Positions 50,800-60,425 of a stretch of DNA of 64,000 nucleotides are shown in pieces. The DNA lies in assembly GCA_965204735.1 (NCBI GenBank), contig OZ242008.1, positions 3,456,001 to 3,520,000 of the forward strand, given 5' to 3'. The notes beneath the pieces were generated by a model. The model was not told where the DNA came from, did no database searches, and was given only the letters and a program-made list of their open reading frames with translations. Source of the stretch: Longimicrobiales bacterium (lineage in GTDB: Bacteria > Gemmatimonadota > Gemmatimonadetes > Longimicrobiales > Gaopeijiaceae). The first letter of the stretch is position 1. Each line of letters begins with the position of its first letter. The translations under genes were made by a program, and so were the position numbers.

Positions 50800-50830
50800 G
50801 GTCGTTCTCCTTGTTGGCAACCTAACAAGC

Positions 50831-51397
50831 TCACTCGTAGCCGTACGCGGCGCACTTCTCTTCCTCGAAGGCGCCGTGGCCGGCCATTGTGTGCATCATG
50901 CCGGAACGGGACATGCCGCGCATCACGACGGGGCCGCTCCATGTCGTCGCGGTCGGGTCGAAGGCGGGCTCCAGCGTCACCACGACCAGGAACTTGTTCC
51001 ACTCCACTTGGCCTCGGAAGCCGGCGGGGTCCGACAGCTCCCCGGCCAAGGCGACCTGGTCGAGCTCCGGGGTTGTCGTCCATACCACGTAGGTTCCGGT
51101 CCGGGCAGGGGCAAGGCGCTCGACGCGGACCGTGAAGTCGTAGCGGTAGCTTCCGTCGGCAGCCAGCGCGACACCGTAAGGGGACGAAGGGAAGGTCACT
51201 TCGCCGACCCCTGCCGCGCGGCCACTGCCGGGAACTCGGCCCGTGGAAACAAGCGGAAAGCGGTAGTATTCGGGGCCGTTGATTGCGGCCGCCTCTCGGC
51301 AGACAGCGTCCGGCCCCGTCGAGCCGACGAGCCCCGCCAGCGCCCACACCAACGGAGCGCCCGCGACAAACGCGCGGTGCCGGGCGGGAACCGTCAT
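50831..51397 (-). CDS. Exported hypothetical protein with a Met/His-rich C-terminus (possible copper-binding partner of the MCO)
   Basis: Hydrophobic N-terminus; VMRGMSRSGMMHTMAGHG; start approximate. Confidence 0.65.
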   Translation of the reverse strand: MTVPARHRAFVAGAPLVWALAGLVGSTGPDAVCREAAAINGPEYYRFPLVSTGRVPGSGRAAGVGEVTFPSSPYGVALAADGSYRYDFTVRVERLAPARTGTYVVWTTTPELDQVALAGELSDPAGFRGQVEWNKFLVVVTLEPAFDPTATTWSGPVVMRGMSRSGMMHTMAGHGAFEEEKCAAYGYE

Positions 51398-51434
51398 GCG
51401 GCCACCACGCACACGGGTCGGAACTCCGCCGGAC

Positions 51435-51839
51435 TCACGGCGACGGGCCGCAGCTCGTCGGACGAACCGCGGTCTTGCCTGGTACCGTCGTGTAGCGGAA
51501 GTCGAGTTCGCCGGCAGGCACCACCACGTCCAGATAGGTATCCGGGGCGACGGTTGCGTCCTTCGCCGGCACGGGCTGCACGACCCCAACCGTGTCGCCT
51601 GCTCGAAACTTGCCGCCGATATTGTCGAAGAGCTCCCATCCACCGTCCAGCGTGGTGTATATGCATCTCGTGTCGACGATCACCGGCCAATCCCGCTGCA
51701 ACTCCCCGTCCAGCGTGACGTGTCCCCAGATGGTCGGCTGACGGGCTTCGCTGGGCCGCACGACTTCGCAACCGCTTGCCGGCAACGCAAGCGCGAACGC
51801 CACAGCAGCGCTCGTCCGCTTCGTGGTCGCGGTGCGCAT
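51435..51839 (-). CDS. Hypothetical lipoprotein
   Basis: ALALPASGC lipobox-like segment; operonic spacing. Confidence 0.6.
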   Translation of the reverse strand: MRTATTKRTSAAVAFALALPASGCEVVRPSEARQPTIWGHVTLDGELQRDWPVIVDTRCIYTTLDGGWELFDNIGGKFRAGDTVGVVQPVPAKDATVAPDTYLDVVVPAGELDFRYTTVPGKTAVRPTSCGPSP

Positions 51840-51854
51840 CGCCGTCTCGCTTGG

Positions 51855-53237
51855 TCAGCTCACGGGCCGCTTGACCGGACCGTTGTCCCAGTCCTGAACC
51901 GACGAGATGTTGGGCACGCCCCAGTCTTCGCCGTTCCAGCCGCTGAAGCCTTCCATCTTGAAAGTCCAGAAGCCGGTGGTCATGTCGCTGACGACGACGA
52001 GGCCGTCGGCGTTGCGGATGTCCACTCCGAAGGCGCCGTTGAACATGGGGTAGCGGTCCTTGTTCGGCGGGCCGACGTAGGTGTCGTAGTAGCCCACGGT
52101 CACCGGGTTCTCCGGGTCCATGAGCGAGAAGATCTGCAACCCGTCCAGGTAGCCCGAAGCGAAGACGTAGGGCCAGCGGACCTCGTGGTTGTGCACGAGG
52201 TTCTGCCAGTCGGCGGTCCAGGCGGAGATCGGGGTGCGGATGTTGGTGACTTCCCCGTCCAGCGCGGGCTGCAAGTCGAAGATGCGTATGGGGGCGTACT
52301 GGTACTCGGTCTCGGCAATCACGTAGCGGCCGTCGGGACTGGGCGTGAAGGTGTGCCCGTAGCGCACGCCGCTGACGCCGGCCAGCGAGATGCGCAGCTG
52401 CGGATCGTCCAGGCTGGATACGTCGTAGATGTAGTAGCCGCCCGTGCCGCCGCCGTAGAAGCGGTCTTCGCCGGTGTCGGGGTGGTAGCCCACGTAGAAG
52501 TCGTGATAGCCCCGCCCGGAACCGCTTCCTTCCGCCGATTCGGGGACGGGCACCCGACCCACCAGCGCGTTGTCCATGTCGCCCGCCACCACCCGAGCCA
52601 TGTCGTACACGTGGGCGAACGGCCCCCGCACGGTGGCAAAGAGCAGGACGCGCCCGTCGGAGTGCTTGTACACGAAGATGTTGTGGAAGCCGCCGGGAAG
52701 CTCGGGCTCGCGGATGCGCGCCACCTCGCGGACGGTGGAGGGGTCCGGCAGGCCGGTCACGTCCAGCACCACCGCACCCAGGTCCGTGTTGGGTCCGCCC
52801 TGCCCGAACTGGAGGGACTGCACCACGTAGTAGCGGCCGTCCAGCTTGAAGTGCTTCACGTCCATGCCGCCGGTGCGCATGTGCAGGTCCTGGTTCTCGA
52901 TCCGCCACTCGTAGAGGACCTCGGGCCGCTCGGGGTCGGCGATCGAAACGATGTCCAACCCCTTGGGACCCACGTCGCCGTAGACCATCCTGCCGACGTA
53001 GGCGTAGGGCCGGTCCATCTCCTGCTCCAGGTCCAGGTCCGACACCGAGAGGCGCGGCCCCAGCGGCACATGGCCCAGCACGTCCATGTTGTCGCTGCCC
53101 GGCGCCGACGGCGTCCACTGCTGGGCGCGAAGAGCGGGCGCGACGGCGGACGCGAGCAGCAGGGCGGCGGCCAGAGCGGCGATGGCCGGCGTCCTGCGCT
53201 GGATGCCGGCGGAGAGGCGGTGGACTGGGACGGGCAT
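51855..53237 (-). CDS. Secreted LVIVD-repeat beta-propeller protein
   Basis: Signal peptide; repeated units GLDIVSIADP, VVLDVTGLPDP, IYDVSSLDDP, IFSLMDPENP; RBS AGGAGG. Confidence 0.8.
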   Translation of the reverse strand: MPVPVHRLSAGIQRRTPAIAALAAALLLASAVAPALRAQQWTPSAPGSDNMDVLGHVPLGPRLSVSDLDLEQEMDRPYAYVGRMVYGDVGPKGLDIVSIADPERPEVLYEWRIENQDLHMRTGGMDVKHFKLDGRYYVVQSLQFGQGGPNTDLGAVVLDVTGLPDPSTVREVARIREPELPGGFHNIFVYKHSDGRVLLFATVRGPFAHVYDMARVVAGDMDNALVGRVPVPESAEGSGSGRGYHDFYVGYHPDTGEDRFYGGGTGGYYIYDVSSLDDPQLRISLAGVSGVRYGHTFTPSPDGRYVIAETEYQYAPIRIFDLQPALDGEVTNIRTPISAWTADWQNLVHNHEVRWPYVFASGYLDGLQIFSLMDPENPVTVGYYDTYVGPPNKDRYPMFNGAFGVDIRNADGLVVVSDMTTGFWTFKMEGFSGWNGEDWGVPNISSVQDWDNGPVKRPVS

Positions 53238-53345
53238 GATCTCCCTCCTGAGCGAGCGTGGCTTCGGGAAGCGGTCCTGCAAGATAGGTGGCGGGGCGAC
53301 CGGAAGTCCAGCGGACGCGAACAGAGGCTGCGGAACGCAACAGCG

Positions 53346-54827
53346 TCACCGATGATCGTGAGACCACCACTGAACAGCGGCGATGCTCGGCCGAACGGCG
53401 GCAATGCTCTGTACGGCGGTTGCCACGTGCGCACCCGCGAAGTTCATGATCGCCGCCTGGTCGTCGGCCAGCACGACCGTCCTCGACGTCACATCAAAGA
53501 TGTACGCGTCCGCATCCCACTCGGAGATCGTCACCGTGTAGGTGCCGGCCGCCAAGCCCGAGAAGGCGTACAGTCCCTGGGCGTTCGTCGTGTCCGTCCC
53601 CTCCGCGGCGCCGGACAGGGCAACCACGACACCGCCAATGCCGATGCCTTCCACGGCAACTTGGCCGCTGATCCAGGCACCGGGGAGGCGGGTGCCGTCG
53701 AAGGGCACGTTGGCCGTCTGGCCCAGGGCCACGGTCACCGACTGGGAGGTCGTTGCGAACTCGTAGTCGTCCGCGCTGAACCCCGAGATGCCGACTTGGT
53801 AGACGCCGGCGCGAAGCTCGGCGAAGACGTACTGGCCTGCGGCGTCGGTGGTGGCCGTCCGGGCCGGTCCAACGCCCGAAAGGTTGACCGTCACGCCCGC
53901 CAGCCCCACGCCGTCGCCCGCCACGCGGCCCTGGATCCCGGCGGTCCGCACGTACGTGCCGTCGAAGCTGATCCCCTCGGTCTCGCCCACGTCCAACGTC
54001 ACGTTGCGGGACGTGGTCGGGAAGCCCACGTCGGCTGCGAAGCCGGAAAGCTCGACCTTGTAGGACCCGGCGCGCAGCTGCGTGAACGCGTACATGCCGC
54101 TGGCGTCGGTTTGGGTCGAATCTTCCGCCATCCCGGAAAGCCGAACCGTGACGCCGCCGAGGCCAGTGCGCTCCACCGTCACCGAACCGATGATGCTCGC
54201 AGTCCGCACGTACGTGCCGTCGAAGCTGATCGTCTGCGCCTCGTCCACGCCTACCGTCACGTTGCGGGACGTGGTCGGGAAGCCCACGTCGGCTGCGAAG
54301 CCGGAAAGCTCGACCTTGTAGGACCCGGCGCGCAGCTGCGTAAACGCGTACATGCCGCTGGCGTCGGTTTGGGTCGAATCTTCCGCCATCCCGGAAAGCC
54401 GAACCGTGACGCCACTGAGGCCAGCACGTTCCACCGTCACCGAGCCGATGATGCTCGCGGTCCGCACGTACGTGCCGCTGAAGTTGAGCGTGGCCATTCG
54501 TGCGTCGGTAGTGATTGTGGCGGGCAGGAAAGTCGATGTGAAGCTGGCGTCGACCGGGAAGTTGCTGATCGTGACCGTATACGTCCCGTTGTCGACGTTG
54601 GTAAACGAGAAGCGTCCTTCGCCAGCCGTGGTGGTTGACGTGCCGGTGCTCAGCGCGACCGTGACGCCGTCGATTCCCTGGCCTTCAACGGACACTTGCC
54701 CATTGATCGTGCCCGCGGGAAGCGGAGGGGTTCCCTGATCGCACGCGGCGAGGACAAGCATCATCACTGGCCGCGCCCAGCGGAAGCCGGTGAACATCCC
54801 GGAGAACTGCTTCAACTGCTTGGACAT
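53346..54827 (-). CDS. Lipoprotein with tandem carboxypeptidase-regulatory-like (CnaB/SdrD-B-like) domains
   Basis: LVLAAC; five I.G.V...G..GVTV.LS...T...G.(Y/F).F....G.Y repeats; 258-bp near-identical unit at 53944-54477. Confidence 0.8.
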   Translation of the reverse strand: MSKQLKQFSGMFTGFRWARPVMMLVLAACDQGTPPLPAGTINGQVSVEGQGIDGVTVALSTGTSTTTAGEGRFSFTNVDNGTYTVTISNFPVDASFTSTFLPATITTDARMATLNFSGTYVRTASIIGSVTVERAGLSGVTVRLSGMAEDSTQTDASGMYAFTQLRAGSYKVELSGFAADVGFPTTSRNVTVGVDEAQTISFDGTYVRTASIIGSVTVERTGLGGVTVRLSGMAEDSTQTDASGMYAFTQLRAGSYKVELSGFAADVGFPTTSRNVTLDVGETEGISFDGTYVRTAGIQGRVAGDGVGLAGVTVNLSGVGPARTATTDAAGQYVFAELRAGVYQVGISGFSADDYEFATTSQSVTVALGQTANVPFDGTRLPGAWISGQVAVEGIGIGGVVVALSGAAEGTDTTNAQGLYAFSGLAAGTYTVTISEWDADAYIFDVTSRTVVLADDQAAIMNFAGAHVATAVQSIAAVRPSIAAVQWWSHDHR

Positions 54828-54909
54828 GATCCGCCTCCTGGCGAGAAAGAAGATGCCAACGCCAACATGTCGAGTCGAGAGGTGTTGCAGGCCCCCGGTC
54901 CGTGTACCC

Positions 54910-55506
54910 TCACCACGGCCACCGCGACGTCGCCAGGAACGCGGCCCACGCCCCGCCCGCCACAGACAGGAGCACGTTCCACGCCTTGGCCGGCACCCGC
55001 AGCACGCCCGTCGCCACGAACGACACGGCCAGGAACACCGTGACCGCCGCGATCTGGGCCAGCTCCAGCCCGACGTTGAAGGACAACAGCGGAACGAAGA
55101 GGCTGCGCTCGCTGCCCAGCGCCAGGCCGAGGAACGCGGCGAAGCCCAAGCCGTGGACGACGCCGAAGATCAGGGCGGCGGCGTAGCGGGCGCCGGCGGG
55201 GGTCCGCAAGGCTGGAGGCGAGGCCGCGGCCCGGGGACGAGCCGCCGCCAAGTTGGCCGCGGCGGTGGCGGCGATGGTGACGAGAACGAGGAACTCCACG
55301 AGCGGCGCGTTGGGCCGAACCCAGCCCACGGTCGCGAGGGCAAGGCTGACGGAATGCCCCGCGGTGAAGGCCGTAGCGAGCACGAGGAGCTCTCGCCAGC
55401 GAGACGGCGGGTACGGGGCGGACAGGACTGCGAGGAAGAGGAGGTGGTCGTAGGCGCGCAGGTCCAGAAGGTGCTCGAAGCCCAGTCGAAGGTAGACGGA
55501 GAACAC
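54910..55506 (-). CDS. HupE/UreJ-family membrane protein
   Basis: GFEHLL...YDHLLFL, TAFTAGHSVSL, FGVVHGLGFA and FNVGLELAQ. Confidence 0.88.
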   Translation of the reverse strand: MFSVYLRLGFEHLLDLRAYDHLLFLAVLSAPYPPSRWRELLVLATAFTAGHSVSLALATVGWVRPNAPLVEFLVLVTIAATAAANLAAARPRAAASPPALRTPAGARYAAALIFGVVHGLGFAAFLGLALGSERSLFVPLLSFNVGLELAQIAAVTVFLAVSFVATGVLRVPAKAWNVLLSVAGGAWAAFLATSRWPW

Positions 55507-55524
55507 TGGGCCGGGGGCCGGTTC

Positions 55525-56808
55525 CTACGAGTTCGCGGTCGCCGGAGGCCGAGGGCGGTCGCGGCCTCGGCGCGCGCTTCCGGCCGCAAAGGCCAGCACG
55601 GCCCACGCCAGCCACGAGACCCGCTCCTCCGGCGCCAGCATTCTGAAGTGCTCCCACAGCAGCCAGGGCAAGGTGGCCGCCAGCCGGAGGTACGATCCGT
55701 CGTGGTAAGGCATCCGCCGCTCGACGACCACTGTGGCGCTTCGTCGGTCGCGGTGCAGTGTCGTCTCGATGGCTTCACCCAGGCGGGCCGGGGTCATGTT
55801 GCGCCAAGCCGGAACGTCCATGACGCTCCAGGCCACGGCGGTGCGGCCCAATCCGTGCAGATTGCTGCCGGCGACCACCGCCAGGTCCATCAAGTCGGCC
55901 GTGGCCAGGATGCGGCTGCGCTCCGCCCGAGACTGCTCCAGCCCCCGAGGGGAACCGTCGCTCAGCTCCACGCCGACCACGCCGGCGGGCGAGGCGGGGG
56001 TCCAAGGGACGATCGCGTCCAGCGGGCCCGGGATCGTGTAGAGCATGGCGGGCCGGGGAGCGCCCCGAGCCTGCGCCGCCGCAAGCGAGTCCGGGTCGAG
56101 GTGGTGCCAAGTGCTGTCCAAGGCGAAGACGTAGCGCTCCCGGTCGCCGAGCACGTTGGTGGGGTGGTTGCGAAGCCGCAGCTCGGCGCCGCTCAGGAGC
56201 ACGGTCCGCTCGCCGGCGCGGTCCGGGTTGTCCGGAGCGGCGTCGTCCACGCCGGCCCACGTGTAGTGGTCGGTCACGTACGCTGCCCCGAACCCGGCCG
56301 CTTCGTGCCACGCCCGGTTCCTGGACGCCGTGAAGAACTTCTCTCCGTCGTGGGAGTGGTTGGTGTGGGAGTGGAAGTCCACTGCGACGAGGTTCGGCCC
56401 GTCCAGCGATATCCCGGTCATGGGACGGGGCAGGTACGCTCCGACTGCGTAGAAGGCCAAGAGAAAGGCCAGCGCCAGGGCACCTCGCCCCACCTCGAAG
56501 ACGGCCCGGCGCAGCAGCGAGCCCCGTCCGCGAGGAGCCAGCGCGCGACACAGCAGGTACAGGCCGACCAGCCACGCCACGACCGCTATGTGCTGGCTCA
56601 TGGTCAGGTTCGTCAGGCTGTCCCACAGCCCGAAGAGGGGGGCGCCGACCAAGTACGGCCAGGGAAGCGCCAGGCTCGCGAAGGGGACGGGGAGACGGGT
56701 CGCGGCGTCCCACAAGGCCGGGGCGGCAAAGAACGTCGAGACGACCACGGCCGACGCGACGGCCACCGGCCCGAGAACTCCTCGGAACCTCCGACGGACG
56801 CCGCTCAC
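55525..56808 (-). CDS. Membrane-anchored PHP-domain metallophosphoesterase-like protein
   Basis: VDFHSHTNHSHDG, YVTDH, SGAE and GSNLHG after TM segments; GTGA overlap with the hipA stop. Confidence 0.78.
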   Translation of the reverse strand: MSGVRRRFRGVLGPVAVASAVVVSTFFAAPALWDAATRLPVPFASLALPWPYLVGAPLFGLWDSLTNLTMSQHIAVVAWLVGLYLLCRALAPRGRGSLLRRAVFEVGRGALALAFLLAFYAVGAYLPRPMTGISLDGPNLVAVDFHSHTNHSHDGEKFFTASRNRAWHEAAGFGAAYVTDHYTWAGVDDAAPDNPDRAGERTVLLSGAELRLRNHPTNVLGDRERYVFALDSTWHHLDPDSLAAAQARGAPRPAMLYTIPGPLDAIVPWTPASPAGVVGVELSDGSPRGLEQSRAERSRILATADLMDLAVVAGSNLHGLGRTAVAWSVMDVPAWRNMTPARLGEAIETTLHRDRRSATVVVERRMPYHDGSYLRLAATLPWLLWEHFRMLAPEERVSWLAWAVLAFAAGSARRGRDRPRPPATANS

Positions 56809-58106
56809 GTGGAACGCTCCAGCCGGGCAGCTCGGCGCCGGGTCCGCCGCGCGAACCCTTCCAGCGCGTCGTGGTCCAACCCGGGCTGGGCCAGTTCCCG
56901 GGCCACGCCGCCGCACCGCTGGGCGGCCAGTTGGCAGAGCTCCGCCACCCGCCGCCGCACGGTGGATGGGTCCAGCCCGCACCGGCGGGCGAAGCGGTCC
57001 CAATCCGCGGGGCGCAGCTCCTCCAGCGTGGCCCGCCCGCCGACCTTCATGGCCAGCTTGGGAGAGAGACCGGGGTACGCCGCCGTGCACAGCACGTCGT
57101 AGAGGGGCGCGAGCTCGACGGCGTCGCCGAACCCGGGACCGCGCCTGACCAAGCTGTAGTTCTTGCCGTGGGCGTCGGCGTTGCCCACAAGAACTTGCAG
57201 GACGGCGGCGTCGAGCAGCTTGTCCGCGTCCTCGTCGGGGCGCGTGCAGGCGCGGCGGACCAGGTCGAAGCACTCCGGGAAGCCCGGTCCGCCGTCGGCG
57301 GCGTACTTGCGGCGCGACACGAAGCCCAGCGCTTGGCAGAAGTCTTCTTGATGAAGCCGACGGACGGCGCCGTCGGGCGCGCGCGCCCGGTCATAGCGCT
57401 CCACCAGCAGGAAGTTGCGGCCTTGGGCCGTCCGGGGTTCCACGGGGGCCGCGGAAAGTCCCAGAGTGCGGGCCAAGCGCATGGCAAAAGCCTCGTTTTC
57501 GGTCATGGCCGGAAAGCGCTCGTTGGCAGGCTTGAGGATGTGGGTGGTCGGACCGCCGGGAACGGGAAGGGCAATCTCGTCGCCGGCAACCACCACGGGC
57601 AACTTGGACTGGGCTCCGGCCAAGGACATGCGCAGGCCGTCCTCCCCGTTGGCAAGCAGGGCGTGCGTCTTGACGGCGTCCAGAAGGCGAGCCAGCGCTG
57701 CCTCCGAGAGCGGCTGGACGGGCGCCGCGGCCGTGGTGGGTGCGCCGGACGCCTCCCCCGGAGGCTGCTGCCCCTCCGGCCAGAGCGAAACGGCTCCCGC
57801 CACTTCGCCGCCGACTCCAGCCAGGAGGCCGAAGACGTTCTCGGGCGAGACGCCCAACGCGCCGGCCACCGCGTCCCTTTCGGCGCCCTCGGGCAAGAGA
57901 CCCTCGAAGAAGGGGGCGCAGCGGGCGCTGGAGAACGACCGCGACTCCTTGGGCAGGGACAGGGAGAGCGCAGGCGCGGCGTGGTCGGCCAGCCAGTCGC
58001 CGTTGTAGGCGAACCGCATTGCGCCGCGGCGGTCCAGCGCCAAGATGCCCGCGACCCTTCGGCCCCACCACGCGACCAGCGCGCGCACGGCGGGCAGGTT
58101 CGTCAC
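56805..58106 (-). CDS. hipA: HipA-family serine/threonine kinase toxin
   Basis: N-terminal FAY..DW...LSLSLP...FFEGLLPEG; SLAGAQSKL, HILKP, HQEDFCQALG, GNADAHGKNYS and LAPLYD. Confidence 0.92.
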   Translation of the reverse strand: MTNLPAVRALVAWWGRRVAGILALDRRGAMRFAYNGDWLADHAAPALSLSLPKESRSFSSARCAPFFEGLLPEGAERDAVAGALGVSPENVFGLLAGVGGEVAGAVSLWPEGQQPPGEASGAPTTAAAPVQPLSEAALARLLDAVKTHALLANGEDGLRMSLAGAQSKLPVVVAGDEIALPVPGGPTTHILKPANERFPAMTENEAFAMRLARTLGLSAAPVEPRTAQGRNFLLVERYDRARAPDGAVRRLHQEDFCQALGFVSRRKYAADGGPGFPECFDLVRRACTRPDEDADKLLDAAVLQVLVGNADAHGKNYSLVRRGPGFGDAVELAPLYDVLCTAAYPGLSPKLAMKVGGRATLEELRPADWDRFARRCGLDPSTVRRRVAELCQLAAQRCGGVARELAQPGLDHDALEGFARRTRRRAARLERST

Positions 58107-60418
58107 CGAGCGAAGGAATGGGAGTACTTCACCATGATCGTCCGCCCCGACGACAGGGGCCGTCTGGGTCCGAGAGCGTCTCGCCCCGCGTGGTCCAGCC
58201 CCTCGTTGTACACCACCCACAGGTCCGTTCCCTCCCGGAAGTGGTACCGGAAGCGCACGTTCAGACTGGTCTCCCGCGTGGCGCTGCTGTACTGGGCGAA
58301 CGCGGTCGCCGAGGCGCGGGGGTTGAGCGCCGTCCTCAGCCGCAAGCGTCCCAGATGCGTCGTCGCGGCGCTTTCGCGACGGTGGAAGTCGTCGCGCCCG
58401 GAGGCGTCGTCGCGACTGCGGAAGTCGATTCGGTTGACCTCGTAGCCCGCTTCCGCCTCCACGTGCTTCGAGACGCTCCACACCGGGCCGAGCGACAAGC
58501 CGTAGCGCGTGCCGCCGTAGAAGCTGCCCGCCGAGAGGGCGTACTGGCCCCGAAACGGGCGGCTGCGGCCCAGCGTGAGGCGCGCGTTGGCTTCGTGGAA
58601 CCAGTACTCCCCTTCGGGAACGACGGTGGTCGAGATCGAGAACTCGTCCAGAATGTTCTCGTAGCTGCTGGTCACGCCGGCGGTGAGGCGCGCCCCGCCC
58701 CGGAACTCGAACTCGACTTCGGGCGTGAGCTCCCTGGACTCGGCAGCGCCGCTCTGGTTGCGGTAGTAGTGCGCGGTGCGCAGGTTGACGGCCCGCGAGC
58801 GCAAGGGCGACGCAGGGTCGCGAAACTGGCGGTAGCGCACGCGCCCGCCGCCGTAGCTGAAGTCCCGTCGCAGCTGAAAGCCCAGCCCGGGCAAGTAGTC
58901 CCGCCCTGCACGAACCGCTTCGCCTTGGTATGAGAAGCCTTCGTCCCGCCGACGCTCCCAACGGGCCCTTATCAAGCCCGATTCCAGCCCACCGGCTTGT
59001 GCGGCAGCCTGGTCGAAGGTGTGCGCCCACTGCACGAGCACGTACTCGTCGCCGAAGAGCCGCAACGTCGCGTCGAGTCCGTAGGCCACGTTGTTGCCGC
59101 CGTGGGAGCCCAGGCGCGTCGTAAGCATTCCGCCGACGGTCGAGTAGGGGTTGAAGACCTGCTGCCGCACGCGCAGGACGCCCATGTTCTCCGACGACCG
59201 ATCCCCGTGGGCGGCGGTCTGCATGTTCAGAACGCCAAAGTCCATGCCGCCGATCCGTCCCACTGCCCTTGCGCCTCCGTATATGCGCACGATCTCGCCC
59301 TGGTGGAGTCCGATCTGACGGCTGTGGAAGAGGCGGTTGAACCCCCCGCCCGTGTTGAAGTCGAACGTCGAAGCCCGCTCCTGGAAGAACTGGCGCTTCT
59401 CGGGGAAGAAGAGCGCAAAGCGAGTGAGGTTGATCTGCTGGTCGTCGGCCTCCACCTGGGCAAAGTCCGTGTTCGCCGTCAGGTCCAGCGCAAGGTTGGA
59501 CGTCGGCGAGTACTTGACGTCGATTCCCGCTTCCGCCGTCGGGTCCCGTTGGAGGCGCCAGGCTCCGCCTTCGATCTCGGCGACTTCGGGCAGGTAGGGG
59601 GTCTGGCGAAACCCCCCCGTCGCGTAGGGCGTGACGTACAGGGGCGTGGACTGCCTCACGTCCCTAAGCACGATCCTCTGCGCCAGGGAAGGTCTTGCGA
59701 AGCCGAGGCCTCCCCACTTGGGGTCCACGGCCGGGTACGTCTGACGTTCGTTCTTGCGCGCCACCAGGCGGTAGGTGATGAGCCCCATCGTCACCTCGCC
59801 GTCCTCCGTCTGGAACCCCAAGGTCGAGAAGGGAATGCGGAACTCGGCGTACCAGCCTCGGTGGTCCTCGCTCGTCTCCACGTCCCAGTAGGAGTTCCAG
59901 TCCTGGTTCATGGGCATTCCTGAAGTGAACTGGGCGTCGTTGGAGACTGCGCGGTCGTTCCGCACGCCCGCGGGGTTGGTCACGAACCAGACGGCGGTCT
60001 CGTAGTCGTTGTAGCTGTCGATCACCACGGCCACGATGTCGTCGCCGCTGTACTGGTCCCGGTAGAAGGTGTTGGTGCGGACTTGGTCGGGCTCCGAGTC
60101 CCACATCCGGCCGGATACGTAGAGGAAGCGGTCGTCGTGGGCGACTCGGATCTCCGTCTCCTCCGTGAGCGCGCCTCGAAAGACCGGAGTGTACATCGTC
60201 ATGGGGAGCGGTTCGACCTCTTCCCACGCGGGTTCGTCGACGACGCCGTCCAGGTTGATCTCGCCGGAGAGTCGGGAGACGACGATGGGTGCGTCGGCGC
60301 CGGCCCCCGACTGGTCTTGACCTTGTGCGGCGCCGGGCAGCGGAACCGCGAGCAGCGCGGTCGCGACGGCGACTTGGCCGACGCCTGCCCGCTTGGTGAA
60401 GTAGGCTCGAAGCGTCAC
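58103..60418 (-). CDS. CBM9-like / DUF5916 outer-membrane protein
   Basis: LDGVVDEPAW, WYAEFRIPFSTL and NTDFAQVEAD...INLTRFALFFPEKRQFFQE; signal peptide; start approximate. Confidence 0.85.
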   Translation of the reverse strand: MTLRAYFTKRAGVGQVAVATALLAVPLPGAAQGQDQSGAGADAPIVVSRLSGEINLDGVVDEPAWEEVEPLPMTMYTPVFRGALTEETEIRVAHDDRFLYVSGRMWDSEPDQVRTNTFYRDQYSGDDIVAVVIDSYNDYETAVWFVTNPAGVRNDRAVSNDAQFTSGMPMNQDWNSYWDVETSEDHRGWYAEFRIPFSTLGFQTEDGEVTMGLITYRLVARKNERQTYPAVDPKWGGLGFARPSLAQRIVLRDVRQSTPLYVTPYATGGFRQTPYLPEVAEIEGGAWRLQRDPTAEAGIDVKYSPTSNLALDLTANTDFAQVEADDQQINLTRFALFFPEKRQFFQERASTFDFNTGGGFNRLFHSRQIGLHQGEIVRIYGGARAVGRIGGMDFGVLNMQTAAHGDRSSENMGVLRVRQQVFNPYSTVGGMLTTRLGSHGGNNVAYGLDATLRLFGDEYVLVQWAHTFDQAAAQAGGLESGLIRARWERRRDEGFSYQGEAVRAGRDYLPGLGFQLRRDFSYGGGRVRYRQFRDPASPLRSRAVNLRTAHYYRNQSGAAESRELTPEVEFEFRGGARLTAGVTSSYENILDEFSISTTVVPEGEYWFHEANARLTLGRSRPFRGQYALSAGSFYGGTRYGLSLGPVWSVSKHVEAEAGYEVNRIDFRSRDDASGRDDFHRRESAATTHLGRLRLRTALNPRASATAFAQYSSATRETSLNVRFRYHFREGTDLWVVYNEGLDHAGRDALGPRRPLSSGRTIMVKYSHSFAR

Positions 60419-60425
60419 GCGGGCT

